From Hydrolagus affinis (taxonomy: Eukaryota): 59,461 bases of DNA. Shown here piece after piece: positions 51,669 to 59,461 of the stretch (positions are counted from its first letter, which is position 1; each line of letters begins with the position of its first letter). Where the stretch lies: contig JAAILG010001963.1 of the NCBI GenBank assembly GCA_012026655.1, positions 1 through 59,461 of the forward strand, given 5' to 3'. The position numbers and the translations under genes are program-made. Under the pieces are notes generated by a model. It saw only the letters and a list, made by a program, of their open reading frames with translations, was not told the DNA's origin and did no database searches.

Positions 51669-52956
51669 TGTTTGGAGTGGAATATTCTTCTTGTTGCACC
51701 TAGACTGGGTGGGCAGTGAAAATTATGTGTGTGTGGACTGTGTGGGTGTGTGTTTAAATCAGGAACATGTGCTTATCCTTCACTTTCCTTCTGAACTTCA
51801 TATGTATGTGAAATAATTAGATTCTAGGTGTTTAGATGTGCTGGTTCATTAGCGATTATCGTTACCGTTCATTACTGAGACGCCATCCGGCGTGGAGGGC
51901 GCTCTATAAATTGAAGTTGTTGTTGTTGATTATAGATGAGCTGAAACAACATTGACATACCAAATGCTATTAGCTATTAGCTACTATTCAATATTGGTTA
52001 CATGCTTGTACCGTTTAATGTCCTAATCGATTAATCTGATCTATTGAATAGTATGAATAATCCTGGCATGTGGTATTGGGCCTTAGATGTGGTGAGGGCA
52101 TCTCAAAACTCTTCACAGGATTTACTCTAAAGTGGAGTGACTGTGCATTTATGGTGGGTGAATCTATGAGTTAATGTTTGATTAGCTAGTTCCAATTCTG
52201 GCACAATTTTTGTGAGTAATCTGAGCAAATGTAGTTGAAGCGATATGTCTCAGAAGGGCATAACATTACTGCTTTGGGAACAGGAACAAAGGGTGCTTAC
52301 TTGGACGAACTCCTCTGTTCAGCTGGGTGGAAGAAATATGCTTTCAATCAAGCATTTGTTTTTTCCAAGCAGATGCACCAGTATACTGTAATTGTGCTTG
52401 AAGAGCTTTGTTGACTGAATTCAGTGAATAACAGTGTGAAGAGTGCTTGGTAATTATGTGCTTTTATCTTTCTGCGTACATTCATGTAATTTCATTTACA
52501 GGCAAAAAAATAAGCTTGATGCGTTCTTATTGCATTGGTCCAAATCAAATCTGTAGAAGCCACAGTGGGAGTCTGGTTACAATTGCCCGTACTCTATTTA
52601 CAATGCAAACTAGGCACCGATACAGTTGAAGAAAGAATTTATTATTTTCAGAAAACTTGTCCCAAACCGCCTGGTCTTCAGATCAGGATTGCCATTTTTG
52701 TCACTGTTTCAAGGTTGGATGTCCAAAACGTTATCATTGTGTGCACTGGCTCTCAGCACATCCCATCTGCTCATTATTGCAGGATGAGCGGATGGCTAGG
52801 AGCAAATGACGACTGAGTGATTCAAAAAATTATCACATTATTCTTTTATTTCTGGGATCTGAATTGATTGACGGAATTGAAGCTTGTGTTGTCTGCTTGC
52901 TTTATAAATGCTATACAAAACGATTTAGGGTAATGTCCATCTTGAAAACAAAACAC

Positions 52957-53320
52957 GTTGATAAAGTAGGCACTGAGGGACTGTTTCCCCTGGTAGGAGA
53001 GTCTATAACCAGGGGTCACAGTCTTAAAATTAAGGGTCAGCCTTTTAGAACAGAGTTGAGGAAACATTTCTTCACTCAGAGGGTAGTGAATTTATGGAAT
53101 TCACTATCCCAGAAGGCTGTAGATGCTCAGTCCTTGAACATTTTCAAGGCTGAGACTGATAGATTTTTTAAAAATAGAGGGATCTGGGGATATGGGGATA
53201 GGGCAGGTAATCAAAGTTAGGTGAGAAGATCAGCCATGATCTTATTGAATGGCGGAGCAGGCTCGAAGGGCCGAATGGCCTACTCCTGCTCCTAATTCTT
53301 ATGTTCTTATGTTCTTATGT
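52957..53320 (+). mobile_element. CR1 LINE 3' end (ORF2 C-terminus plus 3' UTR)
   Basis: VDKV..EGLFPLVGESITRGHSLKIKGQPFRTELRKHFFTQRVVNLWNSL...FKAETDRF, ending in (TTCTTATG)3, the CR1-type octamer tail. Confidence 0.95.
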
Positions 53321-54579
53321 CACAGTATAGCATTAAAATTGCCAATGTTGCTCCAAAAGTCATGAGGATTGTTTATGTGGACAAGAGACATCCAATACAA
53401 AGAGTAGGTTCTGGTCTGATGTTGAGTTAAGGCATATTGTTAAGATAAAACCAAATACTGTATACAGTATATGTTGTAGGTACTGTATAATAATCCTTGC
53501 CTTTCATGTCTGGAGGAAGTCTCAAAAGTATTTACAGGACTTACTATAAAGTGTAGTGACTGTGTATTTTATAACTGAATTTTCAAGATATCGGATCAAT
53601 GAGAAGGGTTACGATTGAGTGCCCAGAAATAAAATGTCCATTTGCTGAAACCAAGTTGCAGTGGCATAAAAGGATTTGCCCTGTCCCTTAAACCCCTGAG
53701 CATCAAAGGAAAGGAGCAAGGTTTTGTTTTAAAATATCAACGGCTACATTAATCATCTCAAATATCTCTAGGTAATCATAATAATTTCCAATCTTAAATC
53801 ATTGTCAGCGAATGAATTCTGTTGTCTGGGTTTCTTTCCAAAACAGTTAAAAATTCATACTTACCTACAAGTTGTATCTGGCTCTTTCAAGGTGTTAGAC
53901 CCTATAATTTTGGTGAGAATTAACATTCCGAAGAGCTGATGATGCTGAATTATTTAGTAATTTTAGAGTTATAGGTTTTTCTATATTTTGGTTTTTTTTT
54001 AATCATTTCGAGAGCGTGGCGTTTAGCAAAGGTTACTGTCAAGATCTAAGCATCTCCTAAGTTTAGATGTGTTATAAATGAGGTAAAGGTGTTATGGACA
54101 CTTTATTATGTCAGCAATTTCTCATTTTAAATTTAGGTTTTAATTAACCGTAAAAAGAAATCTTAAACCGGTGTTTACTTTACATTTGTGTGAGTTGTAT
54201 TTTGAGTTATTCTTACTGGAGACGCAGATTAATCTCTTGGAGACAGTCTGTTCAAAATTGTCTACATTTAGCACGCAAAATAATGCATTAAGTTATAGAA
54301 CAGACTCCAGCTGTGGACGGAAAACATTCAGTTTCCCATTTACACACAAAAATAAAATAGCTTTTTAAAACAAGAGGAGATTTTTATTGAATTAATGACT
54401 TGTGTCTGGAATGCCTACGAATACCTTTTAACACAAAGGCAACCAGAGTCAAATATTGTAACATCTTGATACTGAACTGAAATTTTTTTTGCTGAATATT
54501 ATTCACAGAAAATGTTCTCTAGGCTGGTAAGGCTTATTGAGAAGTGACATGAGGATCATCAGCCAGATGCAACTGAGTC

Positions 54580-54790
54580 AAAAACAGAAATCGATGGGAA
54601 TACTCAACAGGTCAGGCATGCTATGCTATTCTATGGAGAAAAGAAAGTAAATCAATGTTTCAGGTCCACAACCCTTCATTGTCACGTTGACACACTTTCC
54701 TTTCTCCATAGATGCTACCTGACCTACTGAGTGTTCCCAGCGATTTCTGTTTTTGCTTCAGACTTCCAGCATCTGCAGTGTTTTTCTTTT
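54580..54790. mobile_element. Inverted pair of Penelope-like terminal repeats
   Basis: 54580-54660 is a diverged reverse complement of 54684-54755, followed by cagacttccagcatctgcagtg. The motif recalls a common shark Penelope-type repeat. Confidence 0.6.
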
Positions 54791-55032
54791 TTCTTTGATG
54801 CAACAGTGTTTGCAGTTAGTTAGTGAGAGCTGGTGAGAAACCACATAATGTGAGCTGACTGTAATACATTAAACTGGCTTAGGAATGAAAAACAAAGTCC
54901 AGTGTTCTACTTTACAACAGTCAGTACTTTAACTGACTTATTAAAAAAAAGTAAAATTATCAGAACAAATAAGTAAGGAAATATGGAGAATGAAAGTCAT
55001 ACCTTGCATGGAAAAATTAACACATTTACAAT

Positions 55033-55345
55033 TTAGAGCACTCGCCTTGCACGTCTGAGGGCCTGGGTTCAATTCCTTGGAGGGTGAAACTTTGGGCAAG
55101 TTTCCTTCCTCCACACAGCTCTGTTTACCTAGCAGTAAGTAGAACTTGGTGTGTTAGTCAATTGGCGGATGCTTCTCCAAGGGTAATAATCCCTTTTTAA
55201 AAAAAACTGTTCACTCAATCTGTTTGTGGCACACTGTTTTGCCAATTGGCTATCATGTTTCACCCACAAAATATAAAGCCAATTCACTTTACAATATATT
55301 CCGTGAAACAATTTGAGAAGTCTCAATGATATGATAAGGCGCTAT
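55033..55345 (+). mobile_element. Diverged, interrupted tRNA/Deu SINE
   Basis: ttagagcactcgccttgcacg...ctgggttcaattcc...gggcaagtttcc, an ~60-bp insert, then core and tail. Confidence 0.85.
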
Positions 55346-56504
55346 TTATGTTGCTTTAGTAGGACTTGAACCAGGGGAATAAAATCCCACGAAGGTGGAT
55401 GAAGGAGAAGTGGTGGAGGAGGACGGGACAATGGCAATCCTTGCTGTTTGCAAATTTTCTGTTGAATTTGCCTACAACTACAATCACTATAGTTGACATC
55501 AAATCCTGTGAATTTCTTTGGGATACAGTTTGTCGATGTTATTGGCACTGTATCAAATGCAAGGGTGATTTTATTACTATTGGTAGTAACGTTTCACATT
55601 TCTGTTGCTTTTCAGTGGAACTCACCAGACTTTTCTGAACTTGAACATTTGAAAGGTGGCAGACGTCTTAGAGTTGATTGAATTTTATTAAACCTTTTGT
55701 TGAAAGCCCAAATGGCCAACAACCAATATTTGTGAAGCTATTTGATTGTAATGTTTAAATTGGCGTTTGGCGACTGTAATAAAAGAAATCAAATAAAGTT
55801 GCTGTGTACAAATCCCTCCATTGGGAGCATTTCACAAAATAACTATCAGTCATGACTGTAGCTGAAGGGCTTTTAAAGTACAGTACCCAAGAGAACAATC
55901 TTTCAGATTGTTAGGAATTTAATTATCTAGATTAGGCTCCTGAAAGTACAAGTAACAAAATTGCAACATTTCCTCAGAGCTTTCCATTTCTTTGAAGATA
56001 ATTGAATCTTTCATTTTCTAGTTGATGCCTTTCATGTGCAATTTAAACATACAAATCAATAGGAGAATTTGAATGTTGCTTTCAAACGAAGGTTGGCCTA
56101 CGCGTTTCAGCATAATGGAGTGAAAATAATTCTTTGGCGCTCAGTAAATGTTTTGAAATTCTGATTGCTGACCTTCGGACAGTATGATTGTAATCACGAA
56201 TCATCACATTTTCATGTTTTATTGTTTTGTAAACTTGGTTTCCAAAGAACTTCAAGGTTGTATACCAGTTTATGGATAGGCATTCCACCTGGGTCTAGAT
56301 TTTCTCTTTACTTAGCATTTCAGAGCATCCAGAATTTGACAATTTTTAAAATATGGCCTTAATTTTGAAGCTGATTTTCTGTAAACTTATAGAGTTTACA
56401 GAAACTCTATAACTTTAAAGTGAAGATTGAATTCAAAGAATTAACGTTCTTGACAGTGCTCTCTTTAAAAGTAGAATCAATGATTTTTCTAAATGTGAAA
56501 CATA

Positions 56505-56722
56505 ATTATTGGACAGCGCAATGCATATCAATCAAATATAATTCGATGGCTTGGGTTGCCAGGATACAGACTGCATAAATGAAGGAGACCGCAATAGAGG
56601 GGAACGGGAAGAGGTGATTAAAATGGGTGGAGGCTCATGTGGAGTATAACTACAGGCGCGGACTAGTTGTGCAAGTTGGATGGTTCCGTGCTGTGCAGTC
56701 TATGTAATTGTGTGTGTAATTG
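56505..56722 (+). mobile_element. Old CR1 3' end (related piece at ~46300-46385)
   Basis: ggaggctcatgtggagtataac...ggactagttg...gtgctgtgcagtctatgtaat. Confidence 0.55.
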
Positions 56723-58152
56723 AATGAGATAGAATCAATAAGATACGTATTCCGAATGATCCTGCTCTTTATTGCAACATATCCCAATCCTGTCCTCACC
56801 CACTCATCTTCTAGCAGGGGATAGGTACCGGTCAAGAGTTGAATTGCTGTCTCTCCCCCACTCTCCCCACACCCCGCCATTATACTAAGAGGCGATGGAA
56901 ACAATTGGAAATTTCCAGCTGAGATCAGGGAGCTCAGCTTAGGCCACCAAACCAACTTTCTATGTGCCAGATAGTGTCCTTATTTATTGGGCCTTTGGTG
57001 GAGCAGTACGAAGACATTTCAACAGATCTAAAACGATGTTCCTTTTAAACATTATTCTGATTGCTTCAGCTGCTGAGTTATCTGCTCTCTGAGTTGCTCT
57101 GCTACTCGCTCAGGCTTGATTCCCCCTTCCCCCCAGAAGCAGTTTACAAAACAGCACTTTGGCAATTGAACGTAACTCCTCTCTGTAGAACCTACTCCAA
57201 ATACTGTAATACCTTGCAAGGATTATTATATTATTATGCAAAACGTAGAGTTTAAAAAGTGCTTGGGAAAATATGGTTGAAAATATTATTCTCTTGAATC
57301 CGAATAAATACAGAATTATGAACCATACTGAAACCTAGAGCAACTTTACTTAAAGCAGAAATAGCTCTGTGTTACAAATGTACACAGGCAAATTTAACAG
57401 ATTAACTCACAAACTGGGCTGAAATTATTTAGTGCAACATTAATTTACTATGTGGTCATAGTGATGCAAAACATGGTGTCTCTTAAATTCCACAAAATAT
57501 TGAATAATATTTCTTCAATTTTAAAAGGACTTACAAACAGGATCCTTTATCTGTGTTAATCAGCAGTACATTGCCTTTGCTCATGAATTATGCTTCCAAA
57601 TATATATACTTCACTAGACTGGAAGGCATTCTATTCAAATGCAATTTACATTAATAACTGCAGAAATTTTCCCTCTCTTCTGTTTTATAGTATCTGCAGG
57701 TTATTTAGGCTGAGTGTTTTGCAATGAGAATGGGCACTTTTGCTTATTTGGCATTACATCTGATGTTTGCTTTTAAATGATAAATTCTGTCCGTTGTTTA
57801 TAACTCTATAGGTCTTTAGAAGTTGTATTTGCAAATTTCTGTGTATGTCTGTCAAATCTGTTTATCATTTGTGGCCAACGTTCAACACTTTCTTCCTGAC
57901 TGGCAGTTATACTTACACTGGAGATGAGCACTAGATACACAAATACATTTTACAGCAGACTGCCACTGTCTAATACGAAGATGCATCTGTCAAGTCTGAT
58001 GCCAATAATAGCATCTGGCCTTTGGATTAAAATGCACTTTGTTGAAGCATATATAGGAGTTAAGCATAAACATAGGAGTTAGAAGTTATACAGATTCAGG
58101 ATTCAATTGTCCAAATGGTATATCCTTCCTTTCCATTAAAAACGCACTAATG

Positions 58153-58298
58153 AATAATAATAATAATCTTTGCATTTGATAAAGCGCTTTTCACGTCTTC
58201 TAGAAGTATCAAAGCGCTTCACAGAATATACTGTAAAGTGAACTGACAGCATATATGTGGGCGAAACATGGCAGCCAATTGCACACAGCAGAGTCCCA
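58153..58298 (-). mobile_element. 5'-truncated tRNA/Deu SINE
   Basis: (aat)n ctttgcatttgataaagcgcttttcacgtcttctagaagtatcaaagcgcttcacagaatata...ggcagccaattgcacacagcagagtccca. Confidence 0.9.
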
Positions 58299-59129
58299 TT
58301 AGAATGATTTCTAATGCATGGTGGTTAAGCGATCCGGGACAAACCCCTGCTTGACGGGTGCTATATAAATACAAATTTATATTGTTGTTGCTGCTAATGG
58401 GAAAAAAAAGTTAGCCCAAATGTATTAACCAAAAGTGCATTAGCTATTAGTTTTAAAATCATTTGTAGATCTAATTTAACTCACAGCTTAATAAGAAGTG
58501 TTTTACTTAGAATAATGTAATTAACAAATGTGACTTGCAATTTAGATTTTTAGATGTCACCAAGTGCTTTAAAGAAGTTCACTTGAAACAGTGGTGAACT
58601 TCAACTCCTGTGAATACACATGTTGTATAAATTAAATGCTATGAAGAACAATGGATAATCTCCAAGAATAATTTTGTGAAATAATCAATTCTTTTAGGAC
58701 AAATAGCAGAGACACAGAAATGGAAATATACCAGACTACATTGCTCCATGATCAATATATCTGTAGTAAACTCGCCAAAAACCACCACTTGTATTCATTT
58801 GCATGCAACAGAGGTACAAAAAATTGTGAAAAATCAGAAAGATTATCAACGGGTTGAAACAAAAGAATTTGTGGCATAACTCACTTGATTATTTTAAATT
58901 GGTCCTTGGGTCAATGTTGATGAAGATACCTGTGTTTTTTCAGTCATAACTCAATGTTCATAACCTGGGTATCAAATCAGAAATGCTTTATCGTTTTAAT
59001 TATGGCAGATATGTCTTGAATATCACTAAGCAGCAATGTCAAAACAGTGACAAGTCAAGTGGAACACTGAGCTACACTGTCAAATGAGTTCAGTTCAGAT
59101 TCCCGAAAGTTATGCTCGAGAACTGATGT

Positions 59130-59435
59130 TCTTTGGCCAGGTCTGCCCTAGCCACCGCCAAATCAGCCTTCTATTCCAGGATAATCCTGGAAGCGAAGGA
59201 CAACCACCGCCTCCTCTTCGCCACCACCAACCAGCTCCTCCACCCCCCCCGCCTCGCTTCGCAGAACCTCTCCTCAAATGATCGGTGTGAGGAGATGCTG
59301 GACTTCCTTGAGTCCAAAATTGAGAGGATCCGCTCTGCGGTCTCCTCCCCCCACCTCTCCTCCACCTCCGCGCCCTCATCAATTACCCCAACCCCTAATC
59401 ACCCCCCCATTTCACACTTTCAACCCCACCATCCC
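59130..59435 (+). mobile_element. L2 LINE ORF2 linker fragment
   Basis: Open frame without ATG start: SLARSALATAKSAFYSRIILEAKDNHRLLFATTNQLL...CEEMLDFLESKIERIRSA is a typical L2 ORF2 linker. Confidence 0.85.
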
Positions 59436-59461
59436 GTTCTCAATCACAAAAATAATTACCT

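Noticed and set aside
52864-53220. 118-aa ORF as a host gene
   Set aside because: It is the CR1 ORF2 C-terminus followed by the CR1 3' UTR.
59084-59382. Pro-rich and Gly/Arg-rich ORFs
   Set aside because: They are off-frame or antisense readings of a C-rich L2 ORF2 fragment.
1-59461. CRISPR arrays, operons or prokaryotic defence systems
   Set aside because: This is spliced vertebrate DNA. There are no regularly spaced repeat-spacer arrays or long ORFs.

Overview
Vertebrate genomic DNA, most likely from a cartilaginous fish. The tRNA/Deu-type SINE, CR1 tails and Penelope-type repeats suggest a chimaera or shark, but this is inference. Positions 45-12309 on the + strand hold the last six coding exons of a beta-spectrin. 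Its PH domain and tail best match SPTB (beta-I). All junctions are GT-AG and phase-compatible. Reading through the donor at 1099 gives a short PH-less C-terminus (VSYQSKF...AL*), matching the mammalian short beta-spectrin isoform mechanism. The remaining ~46 kb has no recognisable protein-coding gene. It contains many SINE, L2, CR1 and RTE fragments, pogo/Tigger-type MITEs (one with a foldback structure), an inverted Penelope-like repeat, an unclassified element with ~75-bp inverted ends, overlapping-hairpin scars and candidate conserved non-coding stretches. I found no convincing novel multi-gene system. Most ORFs in the supplied track are spurious or repeat-derived. Repeat boundaries are approximate, and family names come from recalled motifs, not from searches.
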